This document shows positions 29,745 to 41,972 of a stretch of DNA of 64,000 nt, piece after piece. Made by a program: the position numbers and the translations under genes. Source of the stretch: Candidatus Kaelpia aquatica. Lineage in GTDB: Bacteria > Omnitrophota > Gorgyraeia > Kaelpiales > Kaelpiaceae. The stretch is from contig JAVCCU010000001.1 in assembly GCA_030765335.1 (NCBI GenBank), positions 456 through 64,455 on the forward strand. Reading direction: 5' to 3'. How positions within the stretch are numbered: the first letter of the stretch is position 1; each line of letters starts with the position of its first letter. The notes beneath the pieces were generated by a model. That model worked only from the letters and a program-made list of their open reading frames with translations. It ran no database searches and had not been told where the DNA came from.

Positions 29745-32174
29745 TTACTCATCTTCTTTAATAACCTTAGCAAAAGAGACAACTCGATCCTTGTCGGCCG
29801 TCCGGACAATGCGCACCCCCGAAGTGCTTCTGCCTATCTCCCTAATATCTTTTACGGAAGTTCTAACCACCTGTCCGCTTTGAGTCATCAAAACGATGTC
29901 GTCTTGATCACTCACGATCTCTGCCCCTATAACCTTACCTGTCTTGGTGGGCAGTTTCATATTTATTACACCTTTACCAGCGCGAGATTGTATCCTATAA
30001 GCCTTCACGGCTGTTCTTTTGCCAAATCCTTCCTCGGCAACTGTTAAAATGCTATCCTCTTCTTTAACGCAACACATGCTGACTACTTGATCTCCCTGAG
30101 CCAGCGAAATACCTTTAACTCCCTGAGCGCTGCGCCCAGTTGACCTAAGCTGCTTTTCTACAAAGCATATAGATTTTCCGTTCTTCGTCGCCAAAAAGAC
30201 ATTGTCTTTACCATCGCTGATTTTGGCGCAGATAAGAGAGTCTTTGCTTCTTAAGAAGATAGCGTTCACCCCGCCCTTGCGTGGTCTTTTAAAATCACTT
30301 AACTTCATCTTTTTGACAACACCAAAAGCTGTAGCTAAAACAAGAAATTGGTCGGAATCAAAATCTCTAACAGGGATAAAAGCAGTGACCAGCTCTTCGC
30401 TGTTTAAACTTAAGATATTGACAACGGCTTTACCCCGAGCCGTATGGCTGGCAGCAGGTATTTCATGTACTTTTAACCAATAAAGTCTGCCGCTATTGGT
30501 CAAGAAAAGCATGTAATCATGGGTAGAGGCAATAAACAGTTGATTGACGAAATCACCCTCTTTAAGATCCATCCCTATCACACCTTTACCTCCGCGCCGC
30601 TGACTTTTATATAAAGAGATAGACTGTCTCTTTATATAGCCCAGATTGGATACTGTAACAACCATATCCTCTTCCGCGATTAAATCTTCAACTTTAATCT
30701 CCTTAACCTCTTCTACGATATCGCTCATTCTCTCGTCGCCATACTTATCTTGCACCTCTTTAAGTTCTTCTTTTATTACTTCCATAATCTTCTTATCGCT
30801 ATTAAGTAAACTTTTAAAATATTCTATCTTCTTTATAAGCTCTAAATATTCTGCCTCTAGTTTGCCTACCTCTAAGCGTGTTAATCTTTGAAGCTGCATC
30901 TCCAATATAGCTTGGGCCTGTATCTCTGTTAGTTTAAGGTTTTCAACCAGGCTCTCTTTTGCATCTTGCGTATTTTTAGCCTTTTTAATTAAAGCGATAA
31001 CTTTATCAATGTTTGCCAAGGCCAGTTTTAGCCCTTCTACTATATGTGCTCGTCTCTCTGCTTTGACAAGTTCAAATTTTGTCCTTCTAACTACAACCTC
31101 TTTTCTATGTTGAACAAACTCTGCAATCAATTGTTTCAGCGTTAAGACTTGTGGCCTATTGTTCACAAGGGCAAGTAAAATAATTCCAAAAGAGACTTCC
31201 ATCTGAGTATGTTTGTAAAGTTGATTCAGAACAACTTCAGAATGTTGATCCTTTTTAAGTTCTATCATAATGCGAATACCTTCTTTGTCAGACTCATCTC
31301 TTAGGTCAGATATGCCCTCTATTCTCTTCTCTTTGACCATGTCAGCAATCTGTTCTATGAGGTTAGACTTGTTTACTTGATAAGGTATCTCTTTGACAAT
31401 AATAGCTTTTTTATTTCCTTTAAGCTGCTCAACCGCAGCTCGAGCACGGATCTTAATAATCCCTTTACCTTGGTTATAAGCGTCTCTTAACCCTTCGCTG
31501 CCATATAATATCCCACCTGTTGGAAAATCAGGCCCAGGAATATATTCTGTTAACTCTGTTATAGCAATATCAGGGTTGTCTATATAAGCAATTGTTCCGT
31601 TGATAACCTCTGTTAAATTATGAGGCGGTATGTTTGTTGCCATACCAACAGCAATACCTGAAGAACCGTTGATAAGAAGGTTAGGAGCTCTGCTCGGTAG
31701 GATGGTGGGCTCTTCTAAGCTTTCGTCAAAATTGGGCTTAAAATCCACTGTATCCTTTTCAATATCAGCAAGCAGCTCTCCGGATATCGCCGCAAGCTTA
31801 GCTTCGGTATACCGCATTGCCGCTGCCGAATCACCGTCTACAGAGCCAAAGTTACCTTGGCCATTTATGAGAGGATAACGCATAGAGAAGCTCTGCGCCA
31901 TACGTACTAAAGAATCGTAAACAGCTGTATCACCATGGGGATGGTATTTACCTAAAACCTCTCCGACTATACGAGCGGATTTTTTGTAAGGTTTATTAGA
32001 CTCTAAGCCCAACTCTTTCATAGCAAACAGTATTCTTCTATGAACAGGCTTAAGCCCGTCTCTTGCATCTGGTAAAGCCCTTCCCACAATTACGCTCATT
32101 GCGTAACTCAGATAAGAGGCTTTCATCTCATCTTTAATATCTACGTGTTTTATATTCTGCTCTCTAGCGTACAT
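29745..32174 (-). CDS. gyrA: DNA gyrase subunit A
   Basis: 809 aa; N-terminus [49 protein letters not shown] and C-terminal beta-pinwheel repeats. Confidence 0.97.
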   Translation of the reverse strand: MYAREQNIKHVDIKDEMKASYLSYAMSVIVGRALPDARDGLKPVHRRILFAMKELGLESNKPYKKSARIVGEVLGKYHPHGDTAVYDSLVRMAQSFSMRYPLINGQGNFGSVDGDSAAAMRYTEAKLAAISGELLADIEKDTVDFKPNFDESLEEPTILPSRAPNLLINGSSGIAVGMATNIPPHNLTEVINGTIAYIDNPDIAITELTEYIPGPDFPTGGILYGSEGLRDAYNQGKGIIKIRARAAVEQLKGNKKAIIVKEIPYQVNKSNLIEQIADMVKEKRIEGISDLRDESDKEGIRIMIELKKDQHSEVVLNQLYKHTQMEVSFGIILLALVNNRPQVLTLKQLIAEFVQHRKEVVVRRTKFELVKAERRAHIVEGLKLALANIDKVIALIKKAKNTQDAKESLVENLKLTEIQAQAILEMQLQRLTRLEVGKLEAEYLELIKKIEYFKSLLNSDKKIMEVIKEELKEVQDKYGDERMSDIVEEVKEIKVEDLIAEEDMVVTVSNLGYIKRQSISLYKSQRRGGKGVIGMDLKEGDFVNQLFIASTHDYMLFLTNSGRLYWLKVHEIPAASHTARGKAVVNILSLNSEELVTAFIPVRDFDSDQFLVLATAFGVVKKMKLSDFKRPRKGGVNAIFLRSKDSLICAKISDGKDNVFLATKNGKSICFVEKQLRSTGRSAQGVKGISLAQGDQVVSMCCVKEEDSILTVAEEGFGKRTAVKAYRIQSRAGKGVINMKLPTKTGKVIGAEIVSDQDDIVLMTQSGQVVRTSVKDIREIGRSTSGVRIVRTADKDRVVSFAKVIKEDE

Positions 32175-32196
32175 ATCTTTCCTCTCTTTTTAAAAG

Positions 32197-34931
<2,735 letters not shown>

Positions 34932-34934
34932 TTT

Positions 34935-36029
34935 TTATATTAACTGCATAGGCAAAACGAGATAGAGATAAGTAGATCCCAGCCTAATGATTCCAGGCTT
35001 ATCCACTCCGTTTAATTCAAATATTACCTCGCTCTGATCTATGTTTTTCAAAATATCCAATAAATATTGAGGATTAAAACCTATTATTGTTTCCTCTCCT
35101 TTATAGTCTGCTTCTAGCTCTTCACGTCCCTCCCCTAATTCGGGAGTCACTTTTGATATTACAACCTTATCTTTATAAACCTCGAACTTAATGGCAACTG
35201 ATTCAGTTGTTGTCATAAGATTGGCTCTCTTGATGGCTTGAAAAAAATCTTTTGTATTTATTTTTAATCTATTATTGCTCTCTAGAGGTATTACCTCCTC
35301 ATAATTAGGAAAGTCCCCCTCTATAAGGCGTGTAATTAGTTCTGTACCGGGTAAAGAGAATGCTATTTGGTTGTTTTTCTCGGAGAGACTTATAGTTAAA
35401 TTATTTTCTGATTTTTCGCTCATTTTTAATAACTCCGATACTGCTTTTTGAGGAACTATATATTTCCCTGACCATCCTGTTTTAATGCTCTCCTGACAGA
35501 GTGCAAGTCTTCTGCCGTCACTTGCTACAAGCTTTAAAGAGTCTTCATTAAAATCAAACAGGATGCCGTTTAAAACATACCTTGTCTCTTCTTTTGAACA
35601 AGCAAAATAAGTCTTCGATATCATTGAAGCAAGTTTTTTTGCATCTATTTTAAAACTTTTACCTTCTATTTTTGGAATATCAGGATACTCCTGAGGTGAA
35701 AAACCTAATAGTTTAAAATAACATTTTTCTCCTCTTAATACGACTCCAAAATTTTTTGTCTCTTCTATTAATATATCGTCAGATGGTATCTCTTTTAATA
35801 TGTCGTAAAATTTTTTTCCTAGAGCCGTAATCTTACCCGGTTGTATTACCTCCACGGTTATTTTTTTTCTAATACATATCTCAAGATCTGTAGCTGTGAT
35901 AAATAGTTTATTGTCTTTTGCTTCTAATAATAGATTGGATAGAATTGGTAATGTTGATCTTGTAGGTATTGCTGCTATTACATCTTGTAAGTGTTGGGTT
36001 ATCTCTGCTCGATCTACACGTATCTTCAT
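34935..36029 (-). CDS. dnaN: DNA polymerase III beta sliding clamp
   Basis: 364 aa; three-domain clamp; MKIRVDRAEITQHLQDV N-terminus. Confidence 0.95.
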   Translation of the reverse strand: MKIRVDRAEITQHLQDVIAAIPTRSTLPILSNLLLEAKDNKLFITATDLEICIRKKITVEVIQPGKITALGKKFYDILKEIPSDDILIEETKNFGVVLRGEKCYFKLLGFSPQEYPDIPKIEGKSFKIDAKKLASMISKTYFACSKEETRYVLNGILFDFNEDSLKLVASDGRRLALCQESIKTGWSGKYIVPQKAVSELLKMSEKSENNLTISLSEKNNQIAFSLPGTELITRLIEGDFPNYEEVIPLESNNRLKINTKDFFQAIKRANLMTTTESVAIKFEVYKDKVVISKVTPELGEGREELEADYKGEETIIGFNPQYLLDILKNIDQSEVIFELNGVDKPGIIRLGSTYLYLVLPMQLI

Positions 36030-36145
36030 AAAACCTCCTTTATCTACATACTCTTTAATAGTAGTTTCTTTTAAGATAGTAGTCTGTAGTAGTGGTTGTT
36101 GAAAAGTGGAAAACTAATAAAACAATTATAAGTTAAGCCAACTAT

Positions 36146-36236
36146 TCATCCACAACTATATGTTATTTAAAAGTGTACAACCTTTTGTTAACCATGTTTT
36201 ACTATTAACTATCCACATATCCACAGGTTATCCACA
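36146..36236 (+). promoter_or_regulatory. oriC candidate: cluster of co-oriented DnaA boxes in the dnaA-dnaN intergenic region
   Basis: TCATCCACA (36146-36154), CTATCCACA (36209-36217), ATATCCACA (36217-36225) and perfect TTATCCACA (36228-36236), flanked by an AT-rich stretch (36100-36140). Confidence 0.6.
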
Positions 36237-36242
36237 GCTAAA

Positions 36243-37598
36243 CTACAGGTTTTTATCTATTTTATGCTCCAAGTTATCCACAATATTCTTTAAATCAGAC
36301 TCTCTACTCTGTTTTATTTTTTGTATTGCATGCATAATTGTAGTGTGATCTCGGCCCCCAAAAGCTTGACCTACATCGTTTAGAGATAAATCAGTATATT
36401 TTCTAGCAAAAAATATTGCTATTTGACGCGGTAGTACAATATTTTTTTTACGCGACTTACTCTTTAAGTCTTCGACTGATAAATCAAAAAATTGTGCCAC
36501 TTTATTTTGAATATAAGGTATTGATATCCTGCCCTCTTCCTCTTCTACCATATCTTGTAATACTTTTTTTGCCAAAGCAATATTAATCTTCTCTTCTATT
36601 AAAGTAGAGTGTGCCACTACTCTAAGCAATGCACCTTCTAACTCCCGGATATTTGAAGATATTTTCTCTGCAATATAAGAGATAACATCTTCCGGTATTA
36701 ATAGTTTTGCATGCATTACTTTTTTCTTTAAGATTGCCATACGAGTTTCATAGTCCGGTTTTTGTACATCAACAACTAATCCCCAATGAAACCGCGAGAC
36801 CAACCGTTCTTCTAGGTCCGGGATCTCTTTAGGTGAGCGGTCGCTAGAGATTACTATCTGTTTGTGGGAGTCATAAAGCGCGTTGAAGGTATGAAAAAAC
36901 TCTTCTTGCATCCCTGTCTTGCCTGCTAAAAATTGTATATCGTCTATTAATAAAAGATCAACACTGCGATAGCGTTCTCTAAACTTTGCAGTACTTCTAT
37001 TTTGTATTGCTCCTATAAGCTGGTTAGTAAACTCTTCAGATGATATATAGTGGACTTTGAAATCGGGATAGCGATCAATAATTCCATGGCCCATAGCATG
37101 GAGCAGGTGGGTTTTCCCCAGACCTACCCCGCCATATAGAAACAACGGATTGTAAGCTTTTGCAGGCGACAAGGTAATTGCAAAAGTTGCAGCGTGTGCA
37201 AGTTTATTGCATTCTCCAACCACAAACTCTTCAAACGTATTCTTAGGGTTAAGCTTCTCCAATATTTTTTTGGATATTAATCGCGTTGTGTTTTTTGGCG
37301 CATCTTTATGGCTTAGCGCTAAGTCTTTCTTTTCAGCTCCTTTGCTCGGCTCTTTAATAGAAAGCTTAATTTTGAATTCTACCCCAGTAGTCTCTTTTAA
37401 GAAAAAAAGAATTTTATCCATATATCTTTCTTGGATCCAATTGCTGAAGAACATATTGGGCACAATAAGCTCCATTGTGTTTTCAGAGAGGACTTTAACT
37501 TCAAGAGGTTCTATCCAGAATTTATATGTATGACTGCCGAATTCTTGAATCAGCCTTTGCTCCACTTCTTCCCAAAAAGAGACATCTTGTTTCTGCAT
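36243..37598 (-). CDS. dnaA: Chromosomal replication initiator protein
   Basis: 451 aa; AAA+ Walker A GGVGLGKTHLLHAMGH; C-terminal DnaA-box-binding domain. Confidence 0.97.
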   Translation of the reverse strand: MQKQDVSFWEEVEQRLIQEFGSHTYKFWIEPLEVKVLSENTMELIVPNMFFSNWIQERYMDKILFFLKETTGVEFKIKLSIKEPSKGAEKKDLALSHKDAPKNTTRLISKKILEKLNPKNTFEEFVVGECNKLAHAATFAITLSPAKAYNPLFLYGGVGLGKTHLLHAMGHGIIDRYPDFKVHYISSEEFTNQLIGAIQNRSTAKFRERYRSVDLLLIDDIQFLAGKTGMQEEFFHTFNALYDSHKQIVISSDRSPKEIPDLEERLVSRFHWGLVVDVQKPDYETRMAILKKKVMHAKLLIPEDVISYIAEKISSNIRELEGALLRVVAHSTLIEEKINIALAKKVLQDMVEEEEGRISIPYIQNKVAQFFDLSVEDLKSKSRKKNIVLPRQIAIFFARKYTDLSLNDVGQAFGGRDHTTIMHAIQKIKQSRESDLKNIVDNLEHKIDKNL

Positions 37599-37606
37599 AA
37601 GCAGTA

Positions 37607-37635
37607 ATTATAACAACCGATAGATAGTGTTGCAA
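37607..37635 (-). promoter_or_regulatory. Putative dnaA promoter (-35 TTGCAA, 17-nt spacer, -10 TATAAT, read on the minus strand)
   Basis: -10 ends ~8 nt before the dnaA ATG, implying a very short or leaderless transcript; no SD sequence visible. Confidence 0.3.
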
Positions 37636-37644
37636 TATTTAAGT

Positions 37645-37672
37645 TGCTTTAAGCGGGTACTTTTTTTATAAT
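37645..37672 (+). promoter_or_regulatory. Putative rpmH operon promoter (-35 TTGCTT, 16-nt spacer, -10 TATAAT)
   Basis: Consensus -10 at 37667-37672; SD AGGAGG at 37685-37690, 9 nt before the rpmH ATG. Confidence 0.35.
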
Positions 37673-37699
37673 AATCCAAATAGTAGGAGGTAATTAGCT

Positions 37700-37837
37700 A
37701 TGAAGAAAAATTTAAAGCCGGTTTCCAATTTAAAAAGAAAACGAAAACATGGTTTTTTGAAGAGGAACTCTACAAAATCTGGGCAAGCAATTCTTGTTAG
37801 AAGGAGAAAAAAGGGACGTGCCCAAATTGCGGTTTAA
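37700..37837 (+). CDS. rpmH: 50S ribosomal protein L34
   Basis: 45-aa ORF MKKNLKPVSNLKRKRKHGFLKRNSTKSGQAILVRRRKKGRAQIAV; absent from the ORF track because it is under 60 aa; strong SD; stop overlaps the rnpA start (TAATG). Confidence 0.9.
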   Translation: MKKNLKPVSNLKRKRKHGFLKRNSTKSGQAILVRRRKKGRAQIAV

Positions 37838-38169
37838 TGGATAAGCGCTTTAGCCCTCTTAAGAGGGAGAGAGAGATTCAGGCGGTTTTTTTAGAGCGTA
37901 AGCGGTTCAGCAGCAAGAACATTATCCTTTATTATAAACCAAGATTAGATAATAATGTTAAAGTCACTTTTTTTGTGCCTAAAAAAATATTTAAACGGGC
38001 CTGGGATCGCAACAGAACTCGGAGAATATTGCGGGAAATTTTTAGAAATTATACTTGGACTAGCAAAGGATTGGATATTATATGCATTGTCAGAACGCTA
38101 GAGCGGAAGATGTTGAGGTTCAAAGAGATAGAGCCTCTCTGTCTGCCCTTATTAAAAAAGATAGTTTAA
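37837..38169 (+). CDS. rnpA: Ribonuclease P protein component
   Basis: 110 aa, basic; RNRTRRILRE motif (RNR-box). Confidence 0.9.
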   Translation: MDKRFSPLKREREIQAVFLERKRFSSKNIILYYKPRLDNNVKVTFFVPKKIFKRAWDRNRTRRILREIFRNYTWTSKGLDIICIVRTLERKMLRFKEIEPLCLPLLKKIV

Positions 38170-38372
38170 TCTTCATTATAGTTGTTATTAGATTCTATCA
38201 ATATCTATTAGCACCGCTCTGGACTTCAAAGTGCCGTTTTTACCCGACATGTTCTAATTATTCTATTCAAGCACTGCAGGAGAAAGGTTTTGCAAAAGGG
38301 ATTTGGTTAACCGTAACAAGAATATTAAGGTGTAACCCCGTTTTTCCTGGGGGGTATGACCCTGTGAGGTGA
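38082..38372 (+). CDS. yidD: Membrane protein insertion efficiency factor YidD
   Basis: IRFYQYLLAPL...CRFYPTCSNYSIQAL...NPVFPGGYDPV conserved YidD motifs. The annotated start overlaps rnpA by 88 nt, so the true start is probably internal. Confidence 0.8.
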   Translation: MHCQNARAEDVEVQRDRASLSALIKKDSLIFIIVVIRFYQYLLAPLWTSKCRFYPTCSNYSIQALQEKGFAKGIWLTVTRILRCNPVFPGGYDPVR

Positions 38373-38378
38373 TAAGAG

Positions 38379-39854
38379 ATGGAAAACAATAAGAGGATAC
38401 TTCTTGCAACAGCGTTGGCTTTTTTGGTGATGCTTGCTTACCCCTATTATGCAAAAAGATATATGCCGCAGCCGTCGCACGGTGTAGTCTCCTCAGAGTC
38501 AGATGTTTTTATGGCAGAGGAAGATCCAGGAGTTGTTGGGGTATATGATACGGTTATCAGTGATGATACGGTATATGATACTGTTATTGAAAATCAAGAG
38601 TTAAAAATTGGACTTAATACTCAGTCTGGAGTAGTTAGGTCGATAGAAATAAAAGAAGGATTAGAGCAGATTAGTCTTTACCCTTTGCAAGATAAAGGGT
38701 TAGGGTTGTTGATACCAACCGTATCAACCGTATCATTTGAAAAAAGTAAGAGCTATGATACGGTTGGTATGGTTCTAACTGCAGATGGTGCTAGAAGAGA
38801 GTATAGCTTAAACAAGCATCTTTTTGTCTTCAATGCAGCAGGAGAATCTCAACTACTCTTTTATATGCCTAGTAAATACGATGTCTCTATGCGCGAGTCT
38901 CGTTATTTGCGGATTATGGTAAAAGATGACCAGCAGAATACCGAGAGCATTAAGATCGGAAGCCTCTTAAAGAAGAAAAGATTTTTTAATTCCGTAGATT
39001 GGTTTGCCATCTCTTTTCAGCATTACTCTATTCTCTTTGATCCTAGCCAAGGCGTGGATCTAGAAATAAAACCTTCAAGCAATCAAGAGGGGTTCTTTTT
39101 CGTTATAAAAGGAAATACAGAGGATATCGAGGTTTTAACATATATAGGACCTAATTCTAAGCCGATATTGTCTTCTTACGATGATAATTGGTTGGATTTG
39201 CTAAATTACGGTAAGTTAAATAATGTAGTAAAAAGTTTGCTAGGCATATTTTATAGGGCCTCTCGTAATTATGGTGTGGCCATTATTATGCTAGCGCTGC
39301 TATTAAATCTTATCTTTGCTCCTTTAACATTAAAATCCCAAAAATCTATGAGAAGGATGCAGAGCTTGCAGCCTCAGATGCAGGAGCTGAAAGAGAAGCA
39401 TAAAGATAATCCTCAAGCTGTAAATAAAGAGATGATGGAGCTTTATAAGAAGCATAAGGTCAATCCTATGGGCGGTTGTCTCCCCATGGTCTTGCAAATC
39501 CCGGTTTTTATAGCGCTGTATAACACCTTGATGCGCAGCTACGAACTAAAGAATGCATCATTTTTATGGATTAAAGACCTCTCTGTTCCTGATAGGCTTT
39601 TTATGCTTTCTAAGAGTCTGCCTTTAATGGGTAATGAAGTTAATTTACTGCCTATTTTGATGGCGGCATTAATGTTTGTTCAGCAGAAGTTTTCTCCTAC
39701 GTCTAAGGCCTCTAGTAATAGCGCTATGCCTAACATGTGGTTCTTGCCCATTATCTTTGGGGCTATTTTTTATAAGTTCCCAGCAGGATTAGTCTTGTAT
39801 TGGTTTACTAACTCACTCTCTATGCTTGTTTTGCAAAGCATGCATAAAAAGTGA
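38379..39854 (+). CDS. yidC: Membrane protein insertase YidC (long periplasmic domain, diderm type)
   Basis: 491 aa; N-terminal TM, large periplasmic domain, C-terminal 5-TM core with the ...YWFTNSL... motif. Confidence 0.9.
   Translation: MENNKRILLATALAFLVMLAYPYYAKRYMPQPSHGVVSSESDVFMAEEDPGVVGVYDTVISDDTVYDTVIENQELKIGLNTQSGVVRSIEIKEGLEQISLYPLQDKGLGLLIPTVSTVSFEKSKSYDTVGMVLTADGARREYSLNKHLFVFNAAGESQLLFYMPSKYDVSMRESRYLRIMVKDDQQNTESIKIGSLLKKKRFFNSVDWFAISFQHYSILFDPSQGVDLEIKPSSNQEGFFFVIKGNTEDIEVLTYIGPNSKPILSSYDDNWLDLLNYGKLNNVVKSLLGIFYRASRNYGVAIIMLALLLNLIFAPLTLKSQKSMRRMQSLQPQMQELKEKHKDNPQAVNKEMMELYKKHKVNPMGGCLPMVLQIPVFIALYNTLMRSYELKNASFLWIKDLSVPDRLFMLSKSLPLMGNEVNLLPILMAALMFVQQKFSPTSKASSNSAMPNMWFLPIIFGAIFYKFPAGLVLYWFTNSLSMLVLQSMHKK
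38545..38766. repeat. Second cluster (6 copies) of the ATGATACGGTTA/TAACCGTATCAT motif inside the yidC 5' coding region
   Basis: ATGATACGGTTA 38545-38556, ATGATACGGTAT 38563-38574, ATGATACTGTTA 38575-38586, AACCGTATCA 38717-38726 (rc), AACCGTATCAT 38726-38736 (rc), ATGATACGGTTG 38755-38766. Confidence 0.8.
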
Positions 39855-39868
39855 TTTTCACGTGAAAA
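39855..39868. promoter_or_regulatory. parS-like palindrome TTTTCACGTGAAAA immediately upstream of parA
   Basis: Perfect 14-bp palindrome matching the core of the parS consensus tGTTTCACGTGAAACa (13 of 16 positions over the 16-mer); abuts the parA start codon at 39869. Confidence 0.45.
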
Positions 39869-40711
39869 ATGATAATTGCAATATCAAATCAGAAAGGCGG
39901 CGTTGGTAAGACTACCACTGCCATCAATCTAAGCGCAGCCCTGGCCTCCAAAGGTGCCGGTAGAATTTTGCTGATCGACTTTGATCCTCAGGCTAATGCA
40001 ACAAGCGGTGTTGGTGTAGCCAAGGCAGAATTAAGCAAGTCTATATACGACTTTATATGTTCAGATGCCGGCGAAGAGGTTATTCTAAAAACGGCAATAC
40101 CAAATCTCTCTCTCTTACCTTCGACAATCGGTCTTTGCGGAGCCGAGATAGAACTTATCGAGAGTGAGGAGCGGGAATTTAAGCTCAAAAACAAAATGGC
40201 TGCTCTTTCAAGCCAATATGACCATATTATCATCGATACTCCGCCATCGCTAGGTATCCTGACAGTCAATGCTCTTGTAGCGAGTGAACGTGTGATTGTC
40301 CCCGTACAGTGTGAGTATTATGCCTTAGAGGGGCTTATCGATTTTTTAGGTACACTAAACCTTATAAAAGATAGATTGAATCCTTCGCTTGACATTTTAG
40401 GGATTTTGCTTACAATGGCAGATTATAGAACTAATATTGCTCGTGATGTGGAAGAAGAGATACGCAATAACTTTAAAGAGCAGGTTTTCCACACAGTTAT
40501 CCACAGAAACGTGCGTTTGGCTGAAGCTCCAAGCCATGGCCTGCCGATAGAGCTATACGATCCTAAATCAGCAGGAGCGTTGCTATACAAAGAACTTGCG
40601 GATGAGGTTTTATTAAGAGTAGGAGGAGTTCATGGAAAAGAAGAGAGGTCTGGGCAAGGGGATATCAGCTCTTATTCCGGAGAAGAGCGCCAAGAGTTCC
40701 AGCCGCTATAA
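39869..40711 (+). CDS. parA: Chromosome partitioning ATPase ParA/Soj
   Basis: MIIAISNQKGGVGKTTTAINLSAALA deviant Walker A. Confidence 0.9.
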   Translation: MIIAISNQKGGVGKTTTAINLSAALASKGAGRILLIDFDPQANATSGVGVAKAELSKSIYDFICSDAGEEVILKTAIPNLSLLPSTIGLCGAEIELIESEEREFKLKNKMAALSSQYDHIIIDTPPSLGILTVNALVASERVIVPVQCEYYALEGLIDFLGTLNLIKDRLNPSLDILGILLTMADYRTNIARDVEEEIRNNFKEQVFHTVIHRNVRLAEAPSHGLPIELYDPKSAGALLYKELADEVLLRVGGVHGKEERSGQGDISSYSGEERQEFQPL

Positions 40712-41465
40712 AGATATTGAGATTGCTAAAATCACGCTCAACCCATATCAGCCTAGAAAAGAGTTTTCTAAAACCGAATTACTCCATCTTCAGCAATCAA
40801 TCGCAAAAGACGGCCTCTTGCAGCCCATAGTAGTTGTAGAGGAAGGAGAGTCTTTTAAGCTCATAGCTGGAGAGAGGAGGCTTAGGTCGGTACAGAGCTT
40901 AGGCTGGGAACGCGTCGCAGCTTTAGTTCTTCATAATATAGAGGAGGTTGAGCTTCTAAGAAAATCGCTCGTTGAGAATGTACAGAGAGCAAATCTCAAT
41001 CCCATTGAAGAGGCTCAAGCTTATAAGAGGTTGATGGATGATTACGGGTATTCTTTAGAAGAGACTGCAAAAGAGGTCGCAAAGGATATCTCAACCGTGT
41101 CAAATGCTGTACGACTGCTTGCGCTTCCTGAGAATATACAGAGAGACTTAAGTCAAGGATTGATCTCTCCTGGCCATGCCAGAGCTTTATTGATGTTGGG
41201 GAAGGGTTCACAGATGCAGAGTTTTGCCGATAAGATAAAGTCTGAAAAGCTGAGCGTTAGGGAAGCTGAAAAAAGAGCTAAAATGAAAAAGGGCAAACTT
41301 GTCCTAGAGCCTAACCTCAAAGCAGCGCTAGAGGAGCTGCAGCGGAAAATAGGCTCTAAAATTAATGTTGAGATCAAGAAAAGAGGCGGGAAGATAGAAG
41401 TTCTTTTTATGGACAATGAGGATCTCCAGAGAATAGTGGCAGTGCTTTTAAACAGGGAGGCATAA
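40632..41465 (+). CDS. parB: Chromosome partitioning protein ParB/Spo0J
   Basis: ParB N-terminal box (LIAGERRLRS), HTH, C-terminal dimerisation region; overlaps the parA 3' end. Confidence 0.9.
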   Translation: MEKKRGLGKGISALIPEKSAKSSSRYKDIEIAKITLNPYQPRKEFSKTELLHLQQSIAKDGLLQPIVVVEEGESFKLIAGERRLRSVQSLGWERVAALVLHNIEEVELLRKSLVENVQRANLNPIEEAQAYKRLMDDYGYSLEETAKEVAKDISTVSNAVRLLALPENIQRDLSQGLISPGHARALLMLGKGSQMQSFADKIKSEKLSVREAEKRAKMKKGKLVLEPNLKAALEELQRKIGSKINVEIKKRGGKIEVLFMDNEDLQRIVAVLLNREA

Positions 41466-41468
41466 TAT

Positions 41469-41972
41469 ATGTTAAACCAAGCCTTAGTGCTGATTAAACC
41501 GGATGGTCTTAAGAAATCTTTAACAGGTAATATTCTCACCAGATTATCAGAGACAAAGCTTGAGATTATAGCGGCTAAGATAGTTAGGGTATCTAAAGAG
41601 CTGGCCGAAAATCATTACCAGCATCTTAAGGACGAACCCTTTTTTCAAGAGTTAATTCAATACCTTCAAGGTGAGCTCCATCAGAGAAAAAAGGTGATGG
41701 CTATGATATACTGGGGTGAAGATGCATTAGCAAAAGTGCGTGATATCGCTGGAGCAACTAATCCTGAAGAGGCTAGCCCAACTTCTATTAGGGGTCAGTA
41801 CGGCCGCATTACTACAAAAGGCCTTTATGAAAACGTCGTCCATGCTTCTTCTAATGCTGAAGAGGCGGAGAGAGAGATAAAACTGTGGTTCCAACCCGAT
41901 GAGATAATCTTTGATCTCTATGCCACTAAGAGAGTGGTATTAAAAGAAGAAGGAGCGAGGGTGTGGGCATGA
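41469..41972 (+). CDS. ndk: Nucleoside diphosphate kinase
   Basis: LVLIKPDG..., YxxH..., C-terminal ...VHASSNAEEAEREIKLWF matches the NDK active-site region (variant of NxxHGSD). Confidence 0.8.
   Translation: MLNQALVLIKPDGLKKSLTGNILTRLSETKLEIIAAKIVRVSKELAENHYQHLKDEPFFQELIQYLQGELHQRKKVMAMIYWGEDALAKVRDIAGATNPEEASPTSIRGQYGRITTKGLYENVVHASSNAEEAEREIKLWFQPDEIIFDLYATKRVVLKEEGARVWA

Noticed and set aside
40497-40505. Perfect DnaA box TTATCCACA inside the parA coding region
   Set aside because: A single 9-mer has an expectation of ~0.5 per 64 kb on both strands and encodes ordinary ParA sequence (HTVIHRN). Without clustering it is most likely chance.
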